This document shows, one piece after another, positions 38,973 to 48,349 of a stretch of 64,000 nucleotides of DNA. The notes below the pieces were generated by a model. The model searched no databases and was not told the DNA's origin. It saw nothing but the letters and a program-made list of their open reading frames with translations. The stretch's first letter is position 1; the number at the start of each line of letters is the position of its first letter. This DNA comes from an uncultured Bacteroidota bacterium (GTDB taxonomy: Bacteria > Bacteroidota > Bacteroidia > AKYH767-A > JABDAW01), in NCBI GenBank assembly GCA_903844645.1, contig CAIMUP010000006.1:2055-66054 (forward strand). Direction: 5' to 3'. Position numbers and translations under genes: made by a program.

Positions 38973-41900
38973 TTATCTGATCAAAGTAATATACCCGCTT
39001 CTGCCTACGGGTTTATCAGTCGGGCTAACCGCCCCGAAGATGTAATAATAAGTACCATCAGGGACTTCATTGCCGGCAGCATCATAACCATTCCATCGGT
39101 ATTGCGGCTGATAACTTTCAAATAATAACTGTCCCCAGCGGTTGAATATCTCGAGGTGATAATGGCTGTATCCTTCGGCATCAATCGTGAAATAATCGTT
39201 GATGCCATCGCCATTCGGCGTAAAAGTATTGGAGCCGATGATGAGGCAGCTATCAGCGGTAATATCAAGGAACATTGTATCGGCAGGGGCAGCACATTTT
39301 GCATTGGGATTGGTCGTGATGAAAGAAATTTTATACGTTCCGGCAACATCATAAATAATATTAGTCGGAATAGCATCGGTACTGGTTTGCCCATTGCCAA
39401 AGTTCCAATAATAATTGCTGCCATTAGTGCTGGTATTGGATATTGTAATCGCCAAAGGGATGCAACCCGTGAGCGGAGTACCAGAGAAATTGCTGGTAAT
39501 CTTCATCGAATCCTGAATATAAATATAATCTTTCTGGATGCTTGAATCCATTACCCTCCCGCAAATGGAAGTATCGTTGATGGTGATTAATTTAATAGTG
39601 AATAACCCCGAATCAGTGAAGGTATGTGTAGGATTCGTCGCGAAGCTGATGGTACTATCGCCAAAACTCCAGAGATAAGACGTTCCGTTGGTACTGGCAT
39701 TGGTAAAAGTAACGGTCAGCGGGTTGCATCCAAACAAAGTATCGGCAGCGAATGCAGATAAAATAACAGGGGGACTAACGATTGATAGATAGGTTAGATG
39801 AGAGGTGTCATTACATCCCCCTGTATTGCTTGCCACCAAGGTAATGGTGTAGATTCCGGCTTGTGTGTATGTTGTCGTAGGATTCATTAAGTTGCTGGTA
39901 TCGAGGTTGCCAAAGTTCCAGTGATAATAGATTGCATTGGAGCTTGTATTTGTAAAATTCACGGTGAATGGAACGCATCCTATCATAGTATCAGCGGTGA
40001 ATGCCGCGATAGGTTTCGGATAGATGGTAATGTAATTCGTCATGATAACCGTGTCGCTGAATGTGCCACAGGGATTGGTGTTGAACGTAATCAGCTTTAC
40101 AGAATAAGAGCCGGAAGCGGTGTAGATATGGCTTGGATTTTGAAGGTTGCTAAAGCCATTATCTCCAAAAGACCATTGATAAGAAGTCCCATTGATACTT
40201 GTATTGTTGAAGGTTACGGTAAGCGGCTCACATCCCACCAATGGTGCAGCATCAAAGGCACTCGTAACCGCATTGGTAGCAGTAGTAACCACCACGCTAT
40301 CCATTGCCGAGCATCCTGAAGAGTCCGTAATCATCAAGCGATACACGCCTGGTTGCGCAACAGTATCATTAATAAAATTACTACCACCGGGAAGCCAATG
40401 ATAAGTCATCATTCCTGCATTCCCGAAGAGTACCAAAGAATCGCCAGCACAAAGGACTTGGTTGTTAGATATAATCATCGCTGATGGATTGGATTCAAGT
40501 ACCGTAGCAGTAGCCGTCGTAGTGATACCGCACGAAGTGATGGAACAAGTATAGGTTCCACTTGCATGAACATACTCCGTTAAACCATTTCCAGACAAAG
40601 GAGCATTCCAAAGAACAGTACTATTTGGATTGGTAACAATGGTTAATAAAACCGAATCTCCTGTGCAGAAAGTGGTATTCGGAGGGAGTTGCAAATACGG
40701 GGTAGTATATTGTGCGATTTCTATTTCATTCGTTACGAGAAGGCAACCATTGTTATCAAGAACGATACAATAATAAATCCCAGGTTCGGCAGCGTACATA
40801 GTGCTGGTATTTCCACCGATAGGACCTCCCGGACCTTGCCAAAGATAGTTTCCGGCACCAGTACAGATTAGTTCTGCCGAATCATTAGGGCAGATAAACC
40901 CGCTGGAAGGAATACTATTGATGATGGGTTGGATATTGGTAGTAACAATGGTAGATGTAATGGCTGAACAGCCACCTACATTGGTAACGGTTAACGAATA
41001 AAGTCCCTCTGTTGATACCCACAGGCTGTCGAGATGAATTGAATTGGTAATAGGGGTGCTCCAAGTGTAAATATCTCCACTGGATGCGGTAAGTAAGGTC
41101 GAATCGCCAAGACAATAAAAAGGATTACCACTAATAGCAGCCGTAGGAATGGGCACGACCCTCACATAGATGCTTCGGGAAATAACAACAGTATCTGAAT
41201 CGCAAGCCGTAGCCCGAAGTATCATTGCAGTGATGGTATATAACGATGATTGATTCGGGACGAAATTATTACCATCGGGTGGGTTGCTAAAACAATTGGA
41301 GGTGATGTCGTTGTAGGTGAAAGTATTGGGCGTAACCGTCCAATAGATTAAGGGATTATCAGGATTGGAGCTTAGGGCATAGGGATCATAAGCGAGATAA
41401 GGTGAGCAAAGAACCGAGGCATTGGGATTAGTCAATGTATCGAAGACAAACATAGCAAACGGAAGCCCTTGGCAAATGGAAATAGTATCGCTCCCCAATG
41501 TATCCTGAATACATAGCATACCGGGAATAATTGGGACAAGCGCACTATCCATAATGACTTGTACATAGTTCGAATTATTGCATCCAAAGGAATCGGTAAC
41601 GGTGAACGTATATTGCCCGGAGTAATTCACAACCAACGTGGAATCATTCAGCGGACCTCCATTCCATTGATATTGATTCATGATGGAATCCCTGCCTGTG
41701 AGAAGCACAGGACCAGCCGGACAAAGCACTATCGGACTCGGGTTGATTGCATTTGTATTAATAACGTGGTCGTCAGTAATGGTGGGCTTCGGGGGTGTGG
41801 GATGAATCATTACATACATGCTATCTGATGAGACAAAACAACCGTCTTCAGTGGTTTGCCGAACCCAATAAGAGCCGGAAACAGTTACCGAATATAAGTT

Positions 41901-43550
41901 AGCATTTGTAGCACCGGTGGACCAAAGGTAGGTGAAGGTGGGTCCGATTGCGCCACAGGTATTGCTGTTGGTGTAGAGCGTTCCTGAATTACAGAAATGC
42001 ACGGTATCCTGATTGCTGGGAATGATATACACCTTCTTCATATCGCGGTTGCAGGCAGAATCGGTGCGGATATAATAATCATAGGGCTGGCGGGCTGTAT
42101 CTATTGCTCGGGCAATAAAAATATCGCTGCTGCCATGCGATAGCCAATGTTCATAGTTATCATAATTAGTATCGTTACAGTACCCGCTTACACAGCCATC
42201 AACCAATGAATAATTATAGCCGATAAGTTTTGAATGCTGCACCGGAAAATTAATCTTCTTATAAAATCCGCCAGTTATCAATATCTGTCCGGTGGTATCT
42301 ATCGCGATGCCGGTTCCGTTATCGTTATATTGTCCTCCTGTTTGACGACTCCAGAGCCACGTGCCGGAAGGATTCCACTTCGATACATAGATATCCCAAT
42401 ACCCTATGCTATTAAAAGTTCCTTGTCCGTAATGGTCGGCATATTCTGCGAGGCGACACTGAAAGTTGCCGAGTACGCACAGGTTGTTCGAGCGATCTAC
42501 CGCCATATTTTTTACTGTAAAACCAGCATCGGAGCCTGATGTAGTATTCCAAATCATATTCCCTGCGCCATTAAACTTTGCCAAGAAGATTCGGTTGGAA
42601 TATGTATTCGTCAGCGTAGTGTTATTAGGGCAGGAGTAGAAGGTGAGATCGCCCTGGAAATCGCCTGCGACAATCATATTCCCGATATTATCCACTGCGA
42701 TGGCTCGTGGAATTTCCAAGCCGCCACCGCCAGCCTTTCGGAACCATAATTCGTTGCCACTGGCATCGTATTTAAGAATGAACAAAGCATTATACATTTG
42801 GTTATCGTGCTGCACATCGAAGGTGATGGTATCGCTGAATTGCCCCGTTACATAAGCATTCCCCCATGCATCGCAAGCGATGGCAAGTCCGCGGTCATCG
42901 GCGGGTCCAGAGCCTTTCTTAGCCCATAGAAAATTGCCATTGGCATCTAATTTGGTCGTGAAAACATCCACGCTGCCATTCATGCTGATTAAATTAATAC
43001 TCCCAAACATCGCCGAGCCGGAAAACTGCCCAGTAACGATGACATTCCCCGAAAAATCTACCGCGATTCCATTCCCAATATCGCCACCGGTGCCGCCACA
43101 ACTCTTTGCCCATTGGCAGATGCCCCCACTGTCATATTTCGCTATGAAAATATCTTGCAATCCGGCAGCAGTAACCGTGTATGCCCCGAAATGCGCCGTC
43201 CCATAAAAATACCCCGTAACGTAACTATTCCCAATCGCATCTACCTTGATGGCGGTGGGGCGGTCAATGCCCGTTCCACCCGCTTTTATTGCCCAATCAT
43301 ATTCCCCGGAATGGTTCAGCTTGACGATATAAATATCCGTGTTGCCGGCAGCATGCAAGGTCGTCGTTCCGAAGGTGGCATAGGTCGTGAAATACCCCGT
43401 CGAATACGAATTTCCGTTCGCATCGGTCGCAATATCCACCCCCTCATCAATGGTGATGCCGCCAGCCCGTTGCACCCAATATTGCTGGGCGATGCAAGTG
43501 AAAAACGTAACGTGAAGAATGAAAAGAATCAGCACTAATTTTTTGGTCAT
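38973..43550 (-). CDS. giant 1525-aa secreted protein with SBBP beta-propeller repeats, multiple PKD/Ig domains and a T9SS type-B (gliding-motility-associated) C-terminal domain
   Basis: The signal peptide is 'MTKKLVLILFILHVTFFTCIAQ'. It is followed by repeated 'D..GN.YVTG.F.G...FG' SBBP units. The C-terminus 'FTPNGDGINDYFTID...YHLEIFNRWGQLLFES...WNGYDAAGNEVPDGTYYYIF' is the type-B sorting-domain pattern. Confidence 0.85.
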   Translation of the reverse strand: MTKKLVLILFILHVTFFTCIAQQYWVQRAGGITIDEGVDIATDANGNSYSTGYFTTYATFGTTTLHAAGNTDIYIVKLNHSGEYDWAIKAGGTGIDRPTAIKVDAIGNSYVTGYFYGTAHFGAYTVTAAGLQDIFIAKYDSGGICQWAKSCGGTGGDIGNGIAVDFSGNVIVTGQFSGSAMFGSINLISMNGSVDVFTTKLDANGNFLWAKKGSGPADDRGLAIACDAWGNAYVTGQFSDTITFDVQHDNQMYNALFILKYDASGNELWFRKAGGGGLEIPRAIAVDNIGNMIVAGDFQGDLTFYSCPNNTTLTNTYSNRIFLAKFNGAGNMIWNTTSGSDAGFTVKNMAVDRSNNLCVLGNFQCRLAEYADHYGQGTFNSIGYWDIYVSKWNPSGTWLWSRQTGGQYNDNGTGIAIDTTGQILITGGFYKKINFPVQHSKLIGYNYSLVDGCVSGYCNDTNYDNYEHWLSHGSSDIFIARAIDTARQPYDYYIRTDSACNRDMKKVYIIPSNQDTVHFCNSGTLYTNSNTCGAIGPTFTYLWSTGATNANLYSVTVSGSYWVRQTTEDGCFVSSDSMYVMIHPTPPKPTITDDHVINTNAINPSPIVLCPAGPVLLTGRDSIMNQYQWNGGPLNDSTLVVNYSGQYTFTVTDSFGCNNSNYVQVIMDSALVPIIPGMLCIQDTLGSDTISICQGLPFAMFVFDTLTNPNASVLCSPYLAYDPYALSSNPDNPLIYWTVTPNTFTYNDITSNCFSNPPDGNNFVPNQSSLYTITAMILRATACDSDTVVISRSIYVRVVPIPTAAISGNPFYCLGDSTLLTASSGDIYTWSTPITNSIHLDSLWVSTEGLYSLTVTNVGGCSAITSTIVTTNIQPIINSIPSSGFICPNDSAELICTGAGNYLWQGPGGPIGGNTSTMYAAEPGIYYCIVLDNNGCLLVTNEIEIAQYTTPYLQLPPNTTFCTGDSVLLTIVTNPNSTVLWNAPLSGNGLTEYVHASGTYTCSITSCGITTTATATVLESNPSAMIISNNQVLCAGDSLVLFGNAGMMTYHWLPGGSNFINDTVAQPGVYRLMITDSSGCSAMDSVVVTTATNAVTSAFDAAPLVGCEPLTVTFNNTSINGTSYQWSFGDNGFSNLQNPSHIYTASGSYSVKLITFNTNPCGTFSDTVIMTNYITIYPKPIAAFTADTMIGCVPFTVNFTNTSSNAIYYHWNFGNLDTSNLMNPTTTYTQAGIYTITLVASNTGGCNDTSHLTYLSIVSPPVILSAFAADTLFGCNPLTVTFTNASTNGTSYLWSFGDSTISFATNPTHTFTDSGLFTIKLITINDTSICGRVMDSSIQKDYIYIQDSMKITSNFSGTPLTGCIPLAITISNTSTNGSNYYWNFGNGQTSTDAIPTNIIYDVAGTYKISFITTNPNAKCAAPADTMFLDITADSCLIIGSNTFTPNGDGINDYFTIDAEGYSHYHLEIFNRWGQLLFESYQPQYRWNGYDAAGNEVPDGTYYYIFGAVSPTDKPVGRSGYITLIR

Positions 43551-43699
43551 CGGGGATAAATGGGCGATTAAAAAGCGATTATTCGAAGAAGGGGTTGAAT
43601 TATAAAACGCAACTTTTACGAGAAGTCCCCGATTTTGGTTGCATAGAATGGAATAAGAGGGTTTTTCAATAGGAAAACGCTTCTCTTGGCGACCGAGAG

Positions 43700-43835
43700 C
43701 GTTCTCTTGGTGTCCCCCGCGATGGCGGTGGTGCCCAAAAAAGTGGCGGTGGCGTTCCCCGCGATGGCGGCGGTGTCCAAAAAAGTGGCGGTGGCGTCCA
43801 CCGCCACTTTTTTGGACGCCACCGCCAAGGTATTT
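43700..43835. repeat. 42-bp tandem array ('ccccgcgatggcggtggtgcccaaaaaagtggcggtggcgtt') ending in a 16-bp-stem palindrome
   Basis: It was read directly. The palindrome 'aaaaaagtggcggtgg cgt ccaccgccactttttt' lies at 43779-43813. It sits in the divergent promoter region between the 1525-aa gene and the 43889 gene. ORFs 43616..43828, 43666..44016 and 43686..43880 are artefacts of this array. Confidence 0.9.
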
Positions 43836-43888
43836 TCGCTAATAATTTTCCCATCCGTTTATTTTCTTTGCCCTGTATGAACTTAAAA

Positions 43889-45019
43889 ATGGGTATAACG
43901 AATAAAATCTTCCGCCTGCTGCTATTGTTGTCCGCCGTTTTGGTGAATAACAACCTCGTTTTAGGGCAAGATTTTATCAATTCCGATGGCAAGGAAGAGC
44001 TTATTGTCGGAGCCAATGCCCATTACGGATGGGTCATTGTGCATCATGCCAGCTTCCGGAATTTAATAACAGGGCATACCCGCGCTTTTGAAGTCAATAT
44101 TGGGAAACAAACCATCCACAAGAACAGTTGGAACGAGTATTATCGCTACCCGACCGTCGGCATCAGTTATTACTTCGCCGACATCGGCAATCCTGCCCAG
44201 TTAGGCTATGTTGATGCCCTATACTCCTGGATAAACTTCCCCTTGGTTCGTAGTAAAGCCCAGACTTTCAGCTTTCGCCTCGGAACCGGTTTGGGATACA
44301 TCACGAAGAAGTTTGATCGCGTAGAAAACTACAAGAATGAGGTCATTGGATCGCACATTAACGGAGTCATGCACTTCAATTTTATGAATGCCTTTAACCT
44401 TACGCGGCAGTTGGCATTTTATACCAATATCGGCATTACCCATTTGAGTAACGGGGCTTACAAAACGCCTAACCTGGGCATCAATATTTGTACTGGCAGT
44501 GCCGGTTTCAGCTACCGGTTCGGCAAAGATACGCTGCACTTCCCGAAGCACCGCGAACGGCTTCCTTTTATCAATAAAAAGTGGCATTACAACCTCCTGA
44601 TTGCTGGCGGCGCGAAGGAAGTAGTGCCCCCTGATGGTCAAAAATTCTTCGTTTATACCGTTTCTGCCCTCGCTTTGCGGAAAATGGGGTATAAAAGCAG
44701 CCTCGGATTGGGGCTGGATTACTTCCACGATGCTTCTTTGCAAGCCCTCCACCTCGGCGATAGCAATAACATCGGGAAACCGTTTACTACGGGGCGGGTG
44801 GGCATCTATGCGGCGCATGAATTGCAGATTAATAAGGTCAATATCGTTATGAATATCGGGTATTATCTCCTCGATGATTACAAAGCGAATGGAGCGATCT
44901 ACAACCGGCTTGGTTTCAAGTATTATTTCCTTCAAAACCTGTGTGCAAATGTTACTTTAAAGACCCACTGGGCGAAGGCTGATTTCCTGGAGCTGGGCAT
45001 TGGTTATAAAATTAAATAA
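43889..45019 (+). CDS. putative outer-membrane beta-barrel protein, possibly a lipid-A acyloxyacyl-hydrolase-like protein
   Basis: The signal peptide is 'MGITNKIFRLLLLLSAVLVNNNLVLGQ'. Amphipathic beta-strands with aromatic girdle residues are present, and the protein ends in 'LGIGYKIK'. The family assignment is tentative. Confidence 0.4.
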   Translation: MGITNKIFRLLLLLSAVLVNNNLVLGQDFINSDGKEELIVGANAHYGWVIVHHASFRNLITGHTRAFEVNIGKQTIHKNSWNEYYRYPTVGISYYFADIGNPAQLGYVDALYSWINFPLVRSKAQTFSFRLGTGLGYITKKFDRVENYKNEVIGSHINGVMHFNFMNAFNLTRQLAFYTNIGITHLSNGAYKTPNLGINICTGSAGFSYRFGKDTLHFPKHRERLPFINKKWHYNLLIAGGAKEVVPPDGQKFFVYTVSALALRKMGYKSSLGLGLDYFHDASLQALHLGDSNNIGKPFTTGRVGIYAAHELQINKVNIVMNIGYYLLDDYKANGAIYNRLGFKYYFLQNLCANVTLKTHWAKADFLELGIGYKIK

Positions 45020-45022
45020 ATC

Positions 45023-45760
45023 ATGAAGAAGAACATCCTTTTGCCTCTCCTTTCGTTCCTTTTAGTCCTCCAATTCAGTTGTAAAAACGACCCCTTGGCA
45101 GATTGTTTTTACAGTACGGGTAAGATTACTTCCGAAAGCCGCGAGTGCAGCCAGAACTTCAGTACCATCACGGTTTATGACAACATTAATTTGATCTATA
45201 CCGATGATTCCGTTGCCAGTATCCGCGTGGAAGCCGGCAACAATCTGCTGTCCGACATTACATCCGACATTACCGATGGCAACCTGATCCTGCACAACAA
45301 TAATCGCTGCAATTGGGTCCGCCGATTCGATATTCCGGTGAACATTTATGTCCATTCCAATACGGTTACGAAACTGGTCGGTCGCAATTCCGGAAATATC
45401 ACTTCTGCGAATATTATTCATCGCCTCGTTTTTGAATTCCAGGGCTGGAGTTCGACCCATTTCGACCTCTCGATGGAGGTCAATGAACTCGATTGCAGCC
45501 TCAACCTCGATGCCTGCGATGCTACCGTTCGCGGACATGCTAATACTTGCTTTTTGTGGAGTGCCGGCAATGGCGAATTCCATGGCGAAAGCCTCGTATG
45601 CGACTTTCTTTCGCTCACCAATATGAGCACGGGGGATGTTTTCGTCAATACCCCCTCGGTTTTGTGGGTAAATATTCTCGATGAAGGCAATGTTTATTAC
45701 AAGGGCAACCCTTCTATAGCTGCCGTGGTTAAAGGCGTTGGGCGATTAATCAAGGAATAG
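45023..45760 (+). CDS. DUF2807-like lipoprotein (putative adhesin head 'GIN' domain)
   Basis: The lipoprotein signal is 'MKKNILLPLLSFLLVLQFSC'. Repetitive 'V.V.G.G.L' beta-solenoid-like segments follow. It overlaps the upstream stop by 4 bp, which suggests an operon. Confidence 0.5.
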   Translation: MKKNILLPLLSFLLVLQFSCKNDPLADCFYSTGKITSESRECSQNFSTITVYDNINLIYTDDSVASIRVEAGNNLLSDITSDITDGNLILHNNNRCNWVRRFDIPVNIYVHSNTVTKLVGRNSGNITSANIIHRLVFEFQGWSSTHFDLSMEVNELDCSLNLDACDATVRGHANTCFLWSAGNGEFHGESLVCDFLSLTNMSTGDVFVNTPSVLWVNILDEGNVYYKGNPSIAAVVKGVGRLIKE

Positions 45761-45828
45761 GTTTTTAATGGAAATCGGGGTTGAAATTAGCGTAATTGAC
45801 CTCCATAAAACAAAAGTTTAAGCCTACT

Positions 45829-45965
45829 ATCTTACGCTAATTGCCTGCTCACTTACGCTAATTGCCTGTTCACTTACGCTAATTCTGACCTCACTTACGC
45901 TAATTGCCTGCTCACTTACGCAAACTATCAGCCCACTTACGCAAATGCTGACCTCGGTTACGCTT
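45829..45965. repeat. tandem array of ~6 copies with a 21-bp unit ('cacttacgctaattgcctgct')
   Basis: It was read directly. Confidence 0.9.
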
Positions 45966-46048
45966 TTTATTGGATTCATAGCGGCTATTTTCAGGGATAT
46001 AATCTTTTCCTTGGCGATGCGTTCTTATGCCATAAAGAATATTATAAA

Positions 46049-46564
46049 ATGAAAACCGCAACGTACATTTTCCTCGCCATTTTTCTTTCTAATTTAATGG
46101 CATGTGCCCAAAATAAAGGCAAAGAAGGAGCTACTAATCCGAACACTAATTCAAATACTAAAACTATGAATGATACCGTCGTAAAAACCGATGAAGAATG
46201 GAAGAAAATCCTCACTCCCGAGCAGTATCGGGTAACGCGGGAAGCCGGCACCGAGCGGGCTTTCAGCGGTGCACTCTGGGATAATAAAAAGAAAGGAACG
46301 TACTATTGCATCTGTTGCGATAATCCGCTATTTTCATCCGATACCAAGTTTGAATCGAGCTGTGGCTGGCCCAGTTTTTTCGCTCCGCTGAACAAAGAAC
46401 ATGTGAAAGAAAACGTGGATCGCGGCTTCGGCATGGTGCGTACCGAGGTGGTCTGCAATCGTTGCGGAGCACACCTCGGGCATGTCTTTGAAGACGGTCC
46501 GAAACCTACGGGATTGCGCTATTGCATGAATTCTGCTTCGATGAAGTTCAAGGAAGACAAATAG
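46049..46564 (+). CDS. msrB: peptide-methionine (R)-S-oxide reductase, exported lipoprotein form
   Basis: '[25 protein letters not shown]...[16 protein letters not shown]' carries the MsrB zinc and catalytic Cys signature. The N-terminal '[19 protein letters not shown]' is a lipobox. Confidence 0.9.
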   Translation: MKTATYIFLAIFLSNLMACAQNKGKEGATNPNTNSNTKTMNDTVVKTDEEWKKILTPEQYRVTREAGTERAFSGALWDNKKKGTYYCICCDNPLFSSDTKFESSCGWPSFFAPLNKEHVKENVDRGFGMVRTEVVCNRCGAHLGHVFEDGPKPTGLRYCMNSASMKFKEDK

Positions 46565-46670
46565 TTCGTCGGAATCGGGGAATAGAATATCCCGCCCTGC
46601 CATCCGTCATAAGGAATATGACCTTTAATTGGAAATTTTTCCTATCTTTGCACCGCAAATAATAAAAACT

Positions 46671-47738
46671 ATGGCAAAAGTAACATTTAATAATAAGATT
46701 TCCCCCTTCTTCGATACCCTTCGGGAGCGGGTGGATGCCTATTTCGCGACGAATAATATCAAACAAACGGGGAATTATAAGCTATACACCAAAACTATTG
46801 TCCTCGCGGTGGGGGTACTGGCGACTTATGCCGTGTTGGTGTTTCTGAATCCGCCTGTTTGGTTGGCAATTATCCTTTGTTGTATCTTCGGGCTGAACCT
46901 CGCTGCTATCGGCTTCAACGTGATGCACGACGGGGCACACGGAAGTTTCAGTTCTCGCAAATGGGTGAATAATTTCGGGGCATTTACCCTGAATATGATG
47001 GGCGGAAGTTCCTATATCTGGAAGATAAAACACAATATCAACCACCATACTTTCACTAATATCGAGGGGATGGACAGCGATATTGACATTAAGTTCTGGA
47101 TGCGCCTCCACAAGGAACAAAAGCACTATTGGTTTCATAAATTCCAGTATCTTTATTTCATTATTTTCTACGGCAGCTCCTATTTGATGTGGGTTTATTA
47201 CCTCGATTTCGCGAAATACTTCTCCTCCAAGATCAGCACCACCAGTTTCCGCAGGATGGAGCTTAAAGACCACTTTTCGTTCTGGATTTCCAAGGTCGTT
47301 TATACTGGTTTTTTCATCGTCATTCCCATCATTTTGGTCGGCTTAATCCCAACCCTCATCGGTTATTCCATCACGGTCATTGTTTGCGGCATCACCATCA
47401 GCATCGTATTCCAATTAGCCCACATTGTGGAACATACCGAGTTCCCGATGCCTGATTTAATCACCAATAAAATCGAAACCGAGTGGGCGATTCATCAAGT
47501 AATTACCACTGCCGATTTTGCTACGCACAACAAGTTCATCAGTTGGTATGTCGGGGGTCTGAATTTCCAGGTCATCCACCATTTATTCCCGAAAGTGAGT
47601 CACATTCATTACCCGAATATCTATCAAATAGTGAAGGATACCTGCGAACAATATAACGTCCCTTACAAGGAATATCCGACTATTTTCAGCGCGATTAAAT
47701 CTCACGTTTCGCAGTTGAAAGAACTCGGCGTTCAGTAA
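46671..47738 (+). CDS. membrane fatty-acid desaturase
   Basis: Three His boxes are present: 'HDGAHGS', 'HNINHH' and 'QVIHHLFP'. Four TM segments are present. Confidence 0.85.
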   Translation: MAKVTFNNKISPFFDTLRERVDAYFATNNIKQTGNYKLYTKTIVLAVGVLATYAVLVFLNPPVWLAIILCCIFGLNLAAIGFNVMHDGAHGSFSSRKWVNNFGAFTLNMMGGSSYIWKIKHNINHHTFTNIEGMDSDIDIKFWMRLHKEQKHYWFHKFQYLYFIIFYGSSYLMWVYYLDFAKYFSSKISTTSFRRMELKDHFSFWISKVVYTGFFIVIPIILVGLIPTLIGYSITVIVCGITISIVFQLAHIVEHTEFPMPDLITNKIETEWAIHQVITTADFATHNKFISWYVGGLNFQVIHHLFPKVSHIHYPNIYQIVKDTCEQYNVPYKEYPTIFSAIKSHVSQLKELGVQ

Positions 47739-47919
47739 AATTATTCACCCTTTTCCTTGAATTAAATCATCGTTGTTCTTCTGCTTCCCAAAACATTCCG
47801 CAATTTCGCGCCATGTTAATAGCTGATTCCGATACCGCTAAATTTCAATCCCCGAAGATATTCTCGATGAAAATCGGGCTTCGCCTATTGGCAGCCAAAA
47901 ATTTCATCTCGAGATGCAA

Positions 47920-48012
47920 CTCTTATTAAATACCAAAAATCACAGTTTTTATTCCCTGAAACACCCGTTTTGTAACGGTAATGGAGGGGTTTTGGAGGAG
48001 TTAATGAGGATT
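47920..48012. repeat. dispersed ~95-bp intergenic element, copy B of the family at 28632-28725; it directly precedes a 21-bp array
   Basis: 'ctcttattaaataccaaaaatcacagtttttattccctgaaacacccgttttgtaacggtaatggaggggttttgg' aligns with copy A over its full length. Confidence 0.7.
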
Positions 48013-48035
48013 AATTTCTCTTTAATTTTGGAAAT

Positions 48036-48168
48036 CGCTTACCTGCCCATGCCGCTGTCTCACTTGCCCGTACCGCTGTCTCACTTGCCCGTGCCGCTGT
48101 CTCACTTGCCCGTTCCGCTGTCTCACTTGCCCGTGCCGCTGTCTCACTTGCCCGTGCCGTTGTCTCAC
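48036..48168. repeat. tandem array of ~6 copies with a 21-bp unit ('cttgcccgtgccgctgtctca')
   Basis: It was read directly. ORFs 47914..48183 (which encodes an 'LPVPLSH' heptad repeat) and 48022..48225 are artefacts of this array. Confidence 0.9.
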
Positions 48169-48349
48169 ATGTTTTTCAAATAAAATAAAATTTAAATATA
48201 CTATTAACTTACTAAAATTAAACAATGGAAACTTTACAACAGAGAATTAACAGATGGTTTTTTAAACCTTAAACTTTTTTTGTTGGAGATGTATTGCCAT
48301 GTAAAAAACTTTGTTTAACTTTGTAGTCTAATAATTATAAAATAATAAG

